From the NCBI GenBank assembly GCA_001780275.1, contig MFGB01000007.1:2280-66279 (forward strand): 64,000 bases of DNA. The letters are read 5' to 3'. Numbering within the stretch: the first letter of the stretch is position 1; each line of letters begins with the position of its first letter. The position numbers and the translations under genes are program-made. This document shows positions 29,777 to 40,561 of the stretch, in pieces. Source of the stretch: Candidatus Falkowbacteria bacterium RIFOXYA2_FULL_47_19 (GTDB taxonomy: Bacteria > Patescibacteriota > Patescibacteriia > Patescibacteriales > UBA12075). The notes under the pieces were generated by a model, which saw only the letters and a program-made list of their open reading frames with translations, was not told where the DNA came from and searched no databases.

Positions 29777-31666
29777 TCATCGGTCGGCCAGCCCGAATTG
29801 GCTATTATATAGCGAGGAGTAAAAACCCTGACGGGCTATAAGCTCGCCGTGCCTTCCCTGCTCCACTATATTGCCGTCATTAACGACCAGGATCAGATCC
29901 GCGTTCCTGATCGTCGATAAACGATGGGCGATCACGAAACTGGTCCTGTTTCTCATGAGTTTGTCCATGGCTTTCTGTATCAATACCTCGGTTCTTGTAT
30001 CGACCGAACTGGTCGCCTCATCGAGTATTAAAATGGGCGGATCGGAAAGCATTGCCCGGGCGATCGTCAAAAGCTGTTTTTCGCCCTGGGAAATATTATC
30101 GGTCTCTTCGTTCAATTCCATGTCATAGCCGCCGGGCAAGGTACGTATGAACTGGTCGGCATGAGCCGCTTCCGCCGCCGCTATAATCTCCTCTTCGGTG
30201 GCTGATTGGTTGCCGTATGCGATATTATCCCGGATCGTACCGTTAAAAAGCCAGGCATCCTGCAGGACCATTCCGAAAAGGCGGCGCAAACGCGAACGCT
30301 TTAGTTCGCGTATATCCGTTCCGTCCACGAGAATAGCTCCGCCGTTCACCTCGTAAAAACGCATCAGAAGGTTAACCAACGTGGTCTTGCCCGCACCTGT
30401 CGGGCCGACGATGGCCACTCGTTTTCCGGGATCGATCTTGGCGTTTAACCCCTTAATAACCGTCTTTTCCGGTTCATAGCCGAAAACAACGCCTTTAAAT
30501 TCTACTTTGCCCCGAACATCGCTCGGTCCGGTTGATTTTTCCGGTTCCCGCGTTTCTTCCGCCTCGTCAAGAAATTCGAAAACGCGCTCCGCGGCCGCCG
30601 CTGTCGACTGAAGTATATTGGCGATGTTGGCTGTCTGGACAATCGGCTGGTTGAATTGCTGGACGTAATGGATAAAGGCCTGGATATCCCCGATGCTGAC
30701 TCGGCCGCGCAGAGCCAAAATCCCCCCCAACACGCTTACGCCCACATAACCGAGATTGCCGAAAAAGCTCATGAGCGGCATCATAAGTCCGGAAAGGAAT
30801 TGCGCCTGCCAGGCGCTATCGTGCAATTGCTCGTTCATGGAACGGAATTTATTCAATGAACGTTTTTCCCCGCCGAATACTTTGACGATATTATGTCCGG
30901 CATACATCTCTTCGATGTGTCCGTTGATCCTGCCGAGGGAATCCTGCTGATCCCTGAAATGCTTCTGCGATCTCTTTATTATGGCGCTAATGGCCGCGAG
31001 GCTCAAAGGCAGTATCATAAGGGCAACAAGGGTCATGAGCCAATTTATCAAGAACATCATGATTAAAATTCCGACCAAAGCCGTGACCGCTGTAATTATC
31101 TGGGTTAGGCTTTGGTTAAGCGTCTGGGAAAGGGTGTCCACGTCGTTTATAACCCGACTAAGAATATCGCCATGGGCTTTATCGTCGAAATACTTTAAGG
31201 GCAAGCGGTTGATTTTTTTGGAAATAGCCTTTCGAAAATCATAGGTGATCTTTTGGGCGACGTCCGCCATGAGCCATCCCTGAATATACCCGAAAAGGGC
31301 GCTTAAAAGATATAATACGATCAAAAGCATTGCCGTATGACCCAAAACACCGAAATTCACTCCTGGGCGGGGGCTCAATTCTCCCGGACTAGCGGCGTTG
31401 TCATACGCCTTTATGTCCATAAAATCGCTAACGATCTGATTGGTCATGCCGCCAAGGATCTTTGGACTAAGTATAATGAAAGCCGTACTAAAGATCGCGA
31501 ATATGACCACGACAATGATTGGCGACCAAAAAGGCCTTAAGTAAACGATCAGATTCTTCATCGTGTCCTTGAAGTTTCTGGCTTTTTCTATCTTGATCAT
31601 GTAGCCCGGACCGCGCATGGGCATAATCGGCTTGGATTGTTTTTGGTTGTTTTTATTTTCAGTCAT
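29777..31666 (-). CDS. heterodimeric ABC exporter subunit (TM288-like)
   Basis: 6-TM domain plus NBD: GPTGAGKT, ISQGEKQ, ILDEATSSVD, AHRL. Confidence 0.93.
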   Translation of the reverse strand: MTENKNNQKQSKPIMPMRGPGYMIKIEKARNFKDTMKNLIVYLRPFWSPIIVVVIFAIFSTAFIILSPKILGGMTNQIVSDFMDIKAYDNAASPGELSPRPGVNFGVLGHTAMLLIVLYLLSALFGYIQGWLMADVAQKITYDFRKAISKKINRLPLKYFDDKAHGDILSRVINDVDTLSQTLNQSLTQIITAVTALVGILIMMFLINWLMTLVALMILPLSLAAISAIIKRSQKHFRDQQDSLGRINGHIEEMYAGHNIVKVFGGEKRSLNKFRSMNEQLHDSAWQAQFLSGLMMPLMSFFGNLGYVGVSVLGGILALRGRVSIGDIQAFIHYVQQFNQPIVQTANIANILQSTAAAAERVFEFLDEAEETREPEKSTGPSDVRGKVEFKGVVFGYEPEKTVIKGLNAKIDPGKRVAIVGPTGAGKTTLVNLLMRFYEVNGGAILVDGTDIRELKRSRLRRLFGMVLQDAWLFNGTIRDNIAYGNQSATEEEIIAAAEAAHADQFIRTLPGGYDMELNEETDNISQGEKQLLTIARAMLSDPPILILDEATSSVDTRTEVLIQKAMDKLMRNRTSFVIAHRLSTIRNADLILVVNDGNIVEQGRHGELIARQGFYSSLYNSQFGLADR

Positions 31667-31671
31667 AATAA

Positions 31672-33423
31672 TCAGCTGCTAATACTTGATCTGCCGCCAA
31701 GTTCTTTTTCCGACAATTGCGATAATGCTATTTCCTTATAAACCGAGCAGGTTTTCCATAATTCCCCGTGCTTTCCGGTCCCGACTATCCTGCCTTTGTC
31801 CAGAACAATTATTTGATCGGCATTTATAACGGTGCCGATCCTTTGAGCGACCACCAGAACTGCGGATTTTTCCGTTTCCGCTTTAAGGGCTTTACGCAGG
31901 ACAGCATCGGTCCGGAAATCCAAGGCTGAAAAACTGTCATCAAACAGGAAAATATCCGGTTTTTTAGCCAATGCCCGCGCGATAGATAAACGCTGTTTCT
32001 GGCCGCCGGAAACATTCGAGCCTCCCTGGGAAATCGATCCGCCGTATTTACCGCCTATCCGGCCGATAAATTCGGCGGCTTGCGCGACTTCCGCCGCCCG
32101 TCGCATCTCCCGGTCATGCGCTTTCGGCGCGCCGTATTTTATATTGCTTTTAACCGTACCGGAAAATAATACGCCTTTTTGCGGAACGTATCCGAGACAA
32201 GAGTAAAGGTCGGCGAATCTAAGATCTCGCACATCAACGCCCTTCACGAACACATGACCGTAGTTCACGTCATAAAAACGGGTAATCAGGTGGATAAGAG
32301 TCGATTTGCCGCTGCCGGTCGAACCGATAAAGGCTGTCGTTTTTCCGGCCGGAACCGAAAAACTTATATTCTCGAGAACAGGATATTCGGCACCGGGATA
32401 AGCGAAGGTTACGCCGCGAAATTCGACAGCCGGTGCGCCGGTTATGAAGGGGGCGCTTCTGGCTGGCTCTTTTATGGACGGTTCCGTTTCGAGAACTTCG
32501 GCCACGCGAGCGCCGGAAACGGAAGCGCGCGGCAACATTATGAAAATCATCGACATCATCATGAATCCGAAAAGAACCTGCATCGAATACTGCATAAAAG
32601 CGATCATATCCCCTATAAGCAGGCCGCCTTCTCCGATAAGGCTCGCGCCGTACCAAACTACGGCGATCATCGTAAAGCTTGATACAAGCGTCATGAACGG
32701 CTGCATTATCGCCATCAGCCGATTAAGAAAAAGGTTTAAAGCGGTCAAATCGGCATTAGCCCGATCGAATTTCCCCTCTTCGTATTTTTCGGCATTAAAC
32801 GCACGGATAACCTTTAAACCGGTCAAATTTTCACGGGTAACGAGATTGAGCCGATCGACGAGTATCTGCAGAAGCTTGAATTTAGGCATAACAACGCTCC
32901 AGATAAACAAAACCATGCCGATCATAACAAACACCGCCGCTCCCATTATCCAGGTCATGGAGGGCGCAGTCCGGTAAGCCTGAAAAATAGCGCCGGCCGC
33001 GGTCAGCGGAGCTACGAGCATTATCCTTAACATCATATATACGATCGTCTGGATCTGCTGGATATCGTTGGTCGAACGCGTGATCAACGAAGAAGTCGAA
33101 AATCGGTTGAATTCGGCCAGCGAGAATCCCTGCGCCTTGGCGAAGACTTTCTCGCGTATAGCTGTAGCGAATCCGGTCGCGACACGAGCCGCCTGATAGC
33201 CGGCCATAACGATACAGACGGCTCCGACCAAAGAAAGGCCGAGCATAAAAAGTCCGGTCGAAATTATCACGTCGATTTCACTTCCTCCCAGTATGCCCTG
33301 ATCGACGATCCGGGCTATATAACCGGGTAATTCTAAATTTACCGTAACCTGAATTACGGTCAAGAAAAAAATAACGATGATCTGCCGTATATAATTTTTT
33401 AAATATTTAAGTAATTCGATCAT
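31672..33423 (-). CDS. heterodimeric ABC exporter subunit (TM287-like, degenerate site)
   Basis: GSTGSGKS, VSGGQKQR, degenerate Walker B FDDSFSALD and AQR switch. Confidence 0.93.
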   Translation of the reverse strand: MIELLKYLKNYIRQIIVIFFLTVIQVTVNLELPGYIARIVDQGILGGSEIDVIISTGLFMLGLSLVGAVCIVMAGYQAARVATGFATAIREKVFAKAQGFSLAEFNRFSTSSLITRSTNDIQQIQTIVYMMLRIMLVAPLTAAGAIFQAYRTAPSMTWIMGAAVFVMIGMVLFIWSVVMPKFKLLQILVDRLNLVTRENLTGLKVIRAFNAEKYEEGKFDRANADLTALNLFLNRLMAIMQPFMTLVSSFTMIAVVWYGASLIGEGGLLIGDMIAFMQYSMQVLFGFMMMSMIFIMLPRASVSGARVAEVLETEPSIKEPARSAPFITGAPAVEFRGVTFAYPGAEYPVLENISFSVPAGKTTAFIGSTGSGKSTLIHLITRFYDVNYGHVFVKGVDVRDLRFADLYSCLGYVPQKGVLFSGTVKSNIKYGAPKAHDREMRRAAEVAQAAEFIGRIGGKYGGSISQGGSNVSGGQKQRLSIARALAKKPDIFLFDDSFSALDFRTDAVLRKALKAETEKSAVLVVAQRIGTVINADQIIVLDKGRIVGTGKHGELWKTCSVYKEIALSQLSEKELGGRSSISS

Positions 33424-33542
33424 AATAATTAAAATCTTCCAATAACCTTGAAATTATTTTTATAACCGGTGTAATATTATACCAAAAATCGCCCCGATTG
33501 GCGATTTTTAGCTTTCGTAAATGATTTACATTTAGTGAAAAG

Positions 33543-33614
33543 TCGGGCTGGGCGGAATTGAACCGCCATTACACGAACCCGAATCGTGCGTAATAGCCTT
33601 TATACCACAGCCCG
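33543..33614 (-). tRNA. tRNA-Pro(CGG)
   Basis: CGGGCTGTGGTATAAAGGCTATTACGCACGATTCGGGTTCGTGTAATGGCGGTTCAATTCCGCCCAGCCCGA; cloverleaf, anticodon loop TTCGGGT; CCA not encoded. Confidence 0.93.
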
Positions 33615-33628
33615 TATGGATTGCCGAA

Positions 33629-33970
33629 TTATTTGGTGGAAAAAATCTTATTTAATACATAGCCGACAAGCGATAAAATTATACCGAACAAAATCGCTGT
33701 CCAGAAGCCGCTAACATGAAAACCCTTTATTACCGATGAAACCAGCATTATTAGCGCTGCATTAATAATAAACGTAAACAGGCCTAATGTCAAGATATTG
33801 ATCGGCAGGGTCAGGATCAGCAAAACAGGCTTCAGGGTAACGTTTATAAGGCCCAAAAACAAGGCTACCCACAGGGCCGCCCAAAAAGTATCGATGGTAA
33901 CGCCGGTAATTATATAAGCGCCGATGATCACGGCACAAGCGTTAAGAAGCCATTTTAATAAAATCTGCAT
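33629..33970 (-). CDS. membrane protein, YvlD/DUF360 (phage holin family)
   Basis: LGLIN..LKP.L.ILTLP..ILTLGLF.FIINA, GF.V.GFW.A. Confidence 0.88.
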   Translation of the reverse strand: MQILLKWLLNACAVIIGAYIITGVTIDTFWAALWVALFLGLINVTLKPVLLILTLPINILTLGLFTFIINAALIMLVSSVIKGFHVSGFWTAILFGIILSLVGYVLNKIFSTK

Positions 33971-33976
33971 AAATAT

Positions 33977-34306
33977 CTACTTCTTAATCAAATCGTCCCT
34001 CTTTAAAAGCTTCTTTACGATAATATAAAGAATTGTTAAAACAATAAAGAAACTTAACAAAGCATCTATAATAGAGCCGATGTCAAAAACAGCTCCGCCA
34101 AGCTTAAAAGTCAGGTTCTGGAATTTTTCACCGGGAACAATCAGATCGATAAATGGCGTAAAAATACCTTTGACGAGCGCGTCAATCAGGGTTTTTGAAC
34201 TCTGCGCGATAATCACGCCAATCGCCATCCCGACAACTGAATATTCCTTGAGGAAGGCAAAAAGGCCGGCCGCGAAATTTTTTTTCTCCGTTTTTTCTTC
34301 TGTCAT
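33977..34306 (-). CDS. mscL: large-conductance mechanosensitive channel family protein
   Basis: Start MTEEK at 34306; FLKEYSVVGMAIGVII, LVKGIFTP, IGSII..L.SF.IV. Confidence 0.82.
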   Translation of the reverse strand: MTEEKTEKKNFAAGLFAFLKEYSVVGMAIGVIIAQSSKTLIDALVKGIFTPFIDLIVPGEKFQNLTFKLGGAVFDIGSIIDALLSFFIVLTILYIIVKKLLKRDDLIKK

Positions 34307-34335
34307 AAATTCTTGAATCAGCCCGCCATTGTTCG

Positions 34336-34406
34336 TGGACCTAGGGAGAATCGAACTCCCGTCTCTACAATGCGAATGTAGCGTTATACCACTAGACCAT
34401 AGGCCC
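34336..34406 (-). tRNA. tRNA-Ala(CGC)
   Basis: GGGCCTATGGTCTAGTGGTATAACGCTACATTCGCATTGTAGAGACGGGAGTTCGATTCTCCCTAGGTCCA; G3:U70 Ala determinant, anticodon CGC. Confidence 0.93.
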
Positions 34407-34437
34407 AAAAGCCATGGCGGGCAGATTTTCTCATTTT

Positions 34438-35196
34438 TTATTTTATGAGCTCAATGCTCTCTATGATCACGTCCTCGGTCGGATGATCCCGTTCGTTCAC
34501 TTCAACTTTTTCGATCTTATCGACCGCGTCCATGCCCTCGGTCACATAACCGAAATTCGTGTGTTTGCCGTCGAGCCAGGGCGTAAAATCCTTGGTAACT
34601 ATAAAAAACTGGGAGCCGTTCGTGTCGGGGCCGGCATTGGCCATAGCGAGCGAACCGCGTACCAGGGGATGATCATTAAACTCGTCCGCGAATTTATAAC
34701 CCGGGCCGCCCATGCCGTCATTAGACCAATCATCGTCTTTGGAATTAGGATCACCGCCCTGGATCATGAAATCCGGGATCACCCGATGGAACTTGGTACC
34801 GTCGTAAAAACCGTTTTTGGCCAGAGTCAGAAAATTATTGACTGTTTTGGGCGATTCCGCGCCGTAGAATTTAACGGTAATGTCCCCGAAATTGGTTTTA
34901 AGTATCGCTCCGGTATATTCGCCGAAAAGCTCTTCCGTGGCCATGCCCGGTCGGGGCTCTTCCGCCGGCGGCGGGGTCGGCGGTTGGGGTACCGTCGATG
35001 AATCATTGCCGTTGCCAGTGGGTTTTACTACCGGCGTGGCTCCGTTTTTGATGTCTTGCATACGCGCTAGAACGTCACCCTCGCCGTAATTGGCCGTTTC
35101 CGGGGGCACCGTTTCTTCATTAAATTGGCTGACCGGAGTAGCTGTGCAGCCAGCCAAGAGGATTAATAAGCCGATGATCGTTATGTGTTTATACAT
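34438..35196 (-). CDS. cyclophilin-type peptidyl-prolyl isomerase, lipoprotein
   Basis: Lipobox LLAGC after start MYKH at 35196; [37 protein letters not shown]. Confidence 0.92.
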   Translation of the reverse strand: MYKHITIIGLLILLAGCTATPVSQFNEETVPPETANYGEGDVLARMQDIKNGATPVVKPTGNGNDSSTVPQPPTPPPAEEPRPGMATEELFGEYTGAILKTNFGDITVKFYGAESPKTVNNFLTLAKNGFYDGTKFHRVIPDFMIQGGDPNSKDDDWSNDGMGGPGYKFADEFNDHPLVRGSLAMANAGPDTNGSQFFIVTKDFTPWLDGKHTNFGYVTEGMDAVDKIEKVEVNERDHPTEDVIIESIELIK

Positions 35197-35325
35197 ATAC
35201 GGGTTTGCTCCTTGTCCCGGCATTTCGGGATTTTCGGAGTTATGATAATTCACAATATTCCTAAAATCATTTTAGCAGATTTTCCTTAATCAGGAAAGTC
35301 TGTTTTGGCGTTAAAACCGGGAAAT

Positions 35326-36819
35326 TTATTTGACCCAATATTCTTCTTTCATCTTCCTGTCATCCTCTTCCCGTTTTTCCTCGATCGCCTCCCTGGCTTT
35401 TTTCCTGAGTTCGGCCAATTCCTCTTCCTTGAGTTCCCGTGCCCGCCTGTCAAGATATTCCGGTTCGTTCAGAGCGGGATCTTCGATCACTTCCATGAGC
35501 AGAACGTCTAAAACCGCGCCCATTTTCGGCCCGGGCTCGAAACCCAGTTCGGCGATCATACGGTCCCCGTTGAGCTTGAGATCGCGGACCGACACCGGAT
35601 CGTTCTGCACTTTTTCCATCATGTATTCCAGATGCCGCAATTTATAGGGTTTAGCTTTCGGCACTCCCGAGCCGAGCCGGTCCGCGATCCGGAGATCGAT
35701 CAGGTCCTTAAGGTTCTCCTTGCCGACCTTCCTGATCAGGCGCCTGACCGAAGCGGCGGTAACCTCGTCGACATTATAATAGAACATATGATGCCGCACC
35801 AGGTTGGTTATTTTTTCCGTATCTTCGTTCGAGAATTTAAGCCGCGCGAGTATTTTTCGCGTAATCCTCTCGCCCGCGTATTCATGATTGTAAAAAGTCG
35901 CCACGCCGTTTATGATCTTTTTGGTTTTCGGTTTGCCGATATCGTGGAGCAGGGCGGCCATGCGCACGCGCCAATCCCGGCTCGGGCAATATTTAAGCGA
36001 CAGTAAATTATGCCTGAACACCGTATAAACGTGGTGCCTGTCCTGTTTTACGTCAACACCGATCAATAATTCGGGCATAATATACTGTAATAATTTCGTA
36101 TCGTGCAGGAGAGCAATCCCTTCGTATGCCCGGTCCGACTCCAGGATTTTCTTAAGCTCGTCCCGAATCCTTTCATTGGCGATGAATTTGATGCTGCCCG
36201 CCAGCTTGACGATCGCCCGTTCCGTTTTCGGTTCGATCGCGAACCCTAATTGGGAGGCGAAACGAATCCCCCTCATCATGCGCAAGGCGTCTTCCTTGAA
36301 CCTGTCCGCCGGCTCCCCTACTGCCCGCACCACTTTCTTTTCGATATCCTTCCGTCCTCCGAATAAATCTATTATCTCATAGCTTCCCCCCGATCCTTTT
36401 AAGCCGGCCTTATTCAAATTCAAGGCCAAAGCATTGACCGTGAAATCCCGTCTTTCCAGATCTTTCTCGAGTTTATCCTCGAAAATGACCTTGTCCGGGT
36501 GCCGCCGGTCGCTGTACCCCCGTTCCGACCGGTAGGTCGTAACTTCCGCGACCGGGTCCGATTCGGACGATAACGTCCCATTGGGTTTTTGTTTTTCTAT
36601 TCTCTTTGCGGGTATCAATACGGTTCCGAATTCATTTTCGTATTTGCCTTCAGGAAAAACCTTTAACATCTGCTCCGGCCTGGCATTCGTGGTAATGTCC
36701 CAATCCTTGGGTTTTTTTTCCATCAACAAGTCCCGTACGCAACCGCCCACTATATAAGCCTCAAAACCGGCCTTTTCAAGCCTAGCGATTATAGTTTGGA
36801 CGTAATCGGGTATGGTCAT
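35326..36819 (-). CDS. cca: CCA tRNA nucleotidyltransferase with HD domain
   Basis: VGGCVRD, DWD, RRDFTVNA, EDALR, ERIRDE, LLHDIGKP. Confidence 0.88.
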   Translation of the reverse strand: MTIPDYVQTIIARLEKAGFEAYIVGGCVRDLLMEKKPKDWDITTNARPEQMLKVFPEGKYENEFGTVLIPAKRIEKQKPNGTLSSESDPVAEVTTYRSERGYSDRRHPDKVIFEDKLEKDLERRDFTVNALALNLNKAGLKGSGGSYEIIDLFGGRKDIEKKVVRAVGEPADRFKEDALRMMRGIRFASQLGFAIEPKTERAIVKLAGSIKFIANERIRDELKKILESDRAYEGIALLHDTKLLQYIMPELLIGVDVKQDRHHVYTVFRHNLLSLKYCPSRDWRVRMAALLHDIGKPKTKKIINGVATFYNHEYAGERITRKILARLKFSNEDTEKITNLVRHHMFYYNVDEVTAASVRRLIRKVGKENLKDLIDLRIADRLGSGVPKAKPYKLRHLEYMMEKVQNDPVSVRDLKLNGDRMIAELGFEPGPKMGAVLDVLLMEVIEDPALNEPEYLDRRARELKEEELAELRKKAREAIEEKREEDDRKMKEEYWVK

Positions 36820-36906
36820 ATTTCCGGTTAAAACAATTAAAAAACCAATATCAGTAATTGGTTTCTATAATAAAATAATATAATAATTAGTAATTTTAGT
36901 CAATAT

Positions 36907-38982
36907 TTAAATCCATTTTTCTTTTTTCGCTTTGATGGGCAGGGAGAAGCTGAAAACCGTTCCCTGGTTCAGCCGGGATTCAAACCAGATCTTGCCGCCA
37001 ACTTCTTCCAGAAGAGACCTTGATATGTACAAACCCAATCCCGTCCCGCTCGCCTCTATTTTTTTAACGTTATCGGCCCGGAAATATTTTGAAAATATCT
37101 TGGACTGCTGCCGCAGAGGGATGCCGACGCCGTTATCTTTGACCGAAAGGATTATGCTCCCTCCCGCCTTTTTGGCGTTTATTTCGATCCTGCCGCCGGT
37201 GTCGGTGTACTTTATCGAGTTATGGAGAAGATTGTGCATGACCACACGGATAATATTCTTGTCGACTTCGATCGTCGGGATCATCCGGTCGATATTTCTC
37301 GCGACATCGATCTTCTTGTTCTTTATCTGCGTTTCGACTTCCGCCAAAGCGCAATCGATAAGATCGACGATCTCCGCCGGCTCCGGTTCGGCCACGAAAG
37401 TTCCCATTTCGATCTTGGAAATATTCAAAAGAGCGTTAATAAGTTCCGACATCTTGAATACATCCTCATAAATATCGTTTAAATACTCCGCCTGTTCTTT
37501 GGTCACCTGTCCGGCCGCGTCTTTCAGTAATAACTCGGCGGACAGACTTATGCTGGATAGTGGCGTCCGGAGCTGGTGGGAAGCTAACGACACAAATTCG
37601 GATTTGGCCCGATCGATCTCTTTTTGTTCCGTAATGTCGCGTTCGATGGCAATATAGAAAAGGATGCCCTTGTTATCGTCAAAAACCGGAGAGATCCTGA
37701 TCTCGGCTTCGTATTCCGTCCCGTCTTTGCGCTTATTCCTTAATTCGCCGATAAAGGTCTTTTTTTCGTCCCTGATCTTCGTCCACATTATTTTATAGTA
37801 ATCACTGTCCTTTATGCCGCCCCACAGCTTCCGGCTGCCTATTTTTTCGCCGATTATTTCCGATTGGGAATAGCCGGATATTTTTTCGGCGGCCTGATTG
37901 ACGTAGAGGATCGTTCCTTTTTTATCGGTAATTATGACCGTATCAGACGCGTATTTTACCGCTAATTTGAATTTTTTCAGGTCTTCGGTGGAGTCTTTTA
38001 ATTTTTTTTCGACAAGTTTGCTGCCGGTAATATCGATGTCCATACCTAAAGCCCCCCTGATCTCGCCGTCTTCGCGGATCGGGGCGATCGTACTCTGAAA
38101 ATATCTTTTTCCCTCCCCGGACGATCTTTCCGTTTCCCGATCGATGGTTTTTCCTTTCATAGCCTCCCGATTGTTCTTCCCCCATATTTTTTTTTCTTTC
38201 GCGCTTACCCGGGAAACTTCCTTTAGCGTCTTGCCGATGATATTCCCCCAGCTTTTTCGGCATTGCGAGTTCTGTAAAATATATTTGTTCTCTTTGTTCA
38301 TGGCGAACAGGGAGAAAGGCAGGCTATCGATAACCGACTTAAGCAGGGTCCGATTTTCCTTAAGCTGGTTTTCCGCTTTTTTATGGGCCGTAATATCGTT
38401 TATGCAAACCAACAGATTGCTGTATTTGAGCTCCGTATTCGGAAAATTTATCTTTAGCTGGATATTGATCTTCTCCCCGGTCAAGGTCGTGGCGACAGTT
38501 TCTGTTTCAAATTCTTTTTTTCGCTTAGCGATGGCGATCAATTGTTCCTTGAACAAGGGTAGGGATTCATTATTGATTATGCGGCTTAACGGCCCCAGAA
38601 GATCGTCCGCCCTTTTCGCTTTATATAATTTTACCGTAGCCACGTTCACGTACCTGACCGTGACCATATTAAGGGCCCGGCGGACATCTTTCGGGTGATC
38701 TTCGAAGTGACGTTCGAAATTTACGACGCCGCGTTTTTTTAAACGGTTGATGAAGCTTTTTACGCCAGAATAATCCTCTACCCACATCGATACCGGAGCG
38801 TACTCGGTGTATTCGAGCAGATTATTATATCGCTCCTCGCTTAGACGCAGTCTTTCGGCTACGACAAAATCGCCCTCTCGTCTCCCCCGGCTTTTCCTTT
38901 TTTCCCGCCCTTTAACGATTTTTTTCTTTGTATAATTAGCGCATTCTCTAAAACCAATAGGAAATAATCCTTTTTTTAGCAT
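36907..38982 (-). CDS. cytoplasmic multi-PAS sensor histidine kinase
   Basis: Three PAS/PAC repeats; SHQLRTPL, NSIKY, DNGVG, GTGLGL. Confidence 0.92.
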   Translation of the reverse strand: MLKKGLFPIGFRECANYTKKKIVKGREKRKSRGRREGDFVVAERLRLSEERYNNLLEYTEYAPVSMWVEDYSGVKSFINRLKKRGVVNFERHFEDHPKDVRRALNMVTVRYVNVATVKLYKAKRADDLLGPLSRIINNESLPLFKEQLIAIAKRKKEFETETVATTLTGEKINIQLKINFPNTELKYSNLLVCINDITAHKKAENQLKENRTLLKSVIDSLPFSLFAMNKENKYILQNSQCRKSWGNIIGKTLKEVSRVSAKEKKIWGKNNREAMKGKTIDRETERSSGEGKRYFQSTIAPIREDGEIRGALGMDIDITGSKLVEKKLKDSTEDLKKFKLAVKYASDTVIITDKKGTILYVNQAAEKISGYSQSEIIGEKIGSRKLWGGIKDSDYYKIMWTKIRDEKKTFIGELRNKRKDGTEYEAEIRISPVFDDNKGILFYIAIERDITEQKEIDRAKSEFVSLASHQLRTPLSSISLSAELLLKDAAGQVTKEQAEYLNDIYEDVFKMSELINALLNISKIEMGTFVAEPEPAEIVDLIDCALAEVETQIKNKKIDVARNIDRMIPTIEVDKNIIRVVMHNLLHNSIKYTDTGGRIEINAKKAGGSIILSVKDNGVGIPLRQQSKIFSKYFRADNVKKIEASGTGLGLYISRSLLEEVGGKIWFESRLNQGTVFSFSLPIKAKKEKWI

Positions 38983-39225
38983 AAATATATCTAATTTTAA
39001 AGAAATTATGTAAAACTTAAATTTTGGTTCTTTAGTAAATTTATAATATATATTAATTAAAATTAAATTAAAATATTAAGAAAACATTAAATTTTAATCA
39101 TATTATTATCGTTTATTTATTTATTTTTAATAAATTGCTTTAATTATTATTTTTTTTAAAAAACACCTTGTTTTTTTATAGGTGTTTTTATGGATTATTT
39201 TATATATAAAATGCTTATAAATTGC

Positions 39226-39429
39226 GAAAGGCAAGTCTTGCTCTCCGGCTTAACTTAAATACTCCCAGGAATTTCGCGCTTCCCTGACTGTCCTCTCTAT
39301 TTGATTAATTAACGCTATTACGCTCATGGTGATCAGTAATAGCAGAAAAGCGCTAACACAAATAATGACCTGAACGACCCGCTACAAAAATTCCCGAAAT
39401 AAGTAGTCCAAAGAGCTCGACTTGCTTCC
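39226..39429 (+). ncRNA. 6S RNA candidate
   Basis: About 200-nt rod: GCAAGTC/GACTTGC, GCTCT/AGAGC, ACTTA/TAAGT, GGAATTT/AAATTCC, TATTTG/CAAATA, GCTATTAC/GTAATAGC, with CCCTGA and CTGAAC segments opposite each other as in 6S RNAs. Confidence 0.5.
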
Positions 39430-39622
39430 ATCATGAAGGCTATCAGGCGTTAGTTAAAGAAAGCTGAAATAAAAATGAAAATCAACGGAATAATCGGTTA
39501 TTGGCGGAGCCTTGGCGAAAAACCGAAAACATTGTTAAGGGTCGTCGATCTTCTTATATTACAGCAGAAAAATTATACAAAAAGAGCAGACTTTAAATGC
39601 CCGCTCTTGCCGATAAAAAATC

Positions 39623-39838
39623 TTATTCGAGAGTTATGGCTCCCTTGGGGCAAACCGCTACGCAGGCGCCGCATTCGATGCATTTTTCCTTATCTATTTC
39701 CACTTTATCTTTTCTGACGATCGCCTGAACCGGGCAGATCTCGACACAGCCATTACAGGCTTCACTTTGGCCGCAATCGCAGGAAACGCATTTGCCGTCC
39801 CGCCAACAACATTTATCGTAATCTATTTTTATGCTCAT
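39623..39838 (-). CDS. 2x[4Fe-4S] ferredoxin
   Basis: C...CNGCVEICP and CIECGACVAVCP. Confidence 0.9.
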   Translation of the reverse strand: MSIKIDYDKCCWRDGKCVSCDCGQSEACNGCVEICPVQAIVRKDKVEIDKEKCIECGACVAVCPKGAITLE

Positions 39839-39959
39839 AAGTTATGATTTTATTTTATTATTAATATTTAATATAGCATACGATCGGAAGTTATACAAAT
39901 TATACAAATTCCTTCATTTATAAAAAACAGGAAGCTATTTTCCTGTTCTTCGTTTGATT

Positions 39960-40415
39960 TTAACGGCGGTATTCGAGTTCTACTCTGACAAGGGGGTAGC
40001 GATTACCCATGATTTCGATAAAAATAGTATCGTCTATGATCCCTGCCGGATTTCTTATAAGTAAAAAATTATTCTGCCGACCGTCATTGCGGCCTGTGTT
40101 TTTATGCTGCCGCACCTGAATATCCCAAAAACCGGGTTCACGGCCATCGGAAAAAAATAGTTTAAAAATCTCGTCATGTTCTTCGGGGCATATCGAGCCG
40201 ACATTACCCAGGTCAAAACAATAAGCAATATCAATCTTCGGCATCTTTTTGGCTATCAATATGATATCCTGGACGGTTTGGGCGCCGCTCGCCCCTGGAT
40301 CATGATTAAAAATAACTTCCAGGGCCGTGCAGGTCTTGCACCAGCATATCCTGCTTTCGGTCCCACATCCGAATTCCCTTCGCCAACGGTTGATAAATCC
40401 TAATTTATCGTCCAT
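39960..40415 (-). CDS. hypothetical protein
   Basis: Start MDDK behind AAGGAGGAG; own promoter TTGACG-17-TAAATT. Confidence 0.55.
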   Translation of the reverse strand: MDDKLGFINRWRREFGCGTESRICWCKTCTALEVIFNHDPGASGAQTVQDIILIAKKMPKIDIAYCFDLGNVGSICPEEHDEIFKLFFSDGREPGFWDIQVRQHKNTGRNDGRQNNFLLIRNPAGIIDDTIFIEIMGNRYPLVRVELEYRR

Positions 40416-40561
40416 TTCTCCTCCTTCGCAGCCCATCGCCGCGTTCTTTTATTTGAAAGAACTATTTTACCGGCAATATTAATTTATATGAATTCTGTTC
40501 CGCCGTCAAGGCAAAAAACAAAACGTAAATTCGACAACCGGCCCTGACCGCATGAACTAAT

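Noticed and set aside
33629..33970. Holin as evidence of a prophage
   Set aside because: YvlD/DUF360 proteins are common chromosomal membrane proteins, and there is no endolysin or phage context
34307..34408. N-terminal extension of the MscL ORF in the track
   Set aside because: It overlaps tRNA-Ala(CGC); the real start is most likely the ATG at 34306
39475..39717. 80-aa plus-strand ORF after the 6S-like RNA
   Set aside because: It overlaps the ferredoxin gene antisense, with no recognisable motif or RBS
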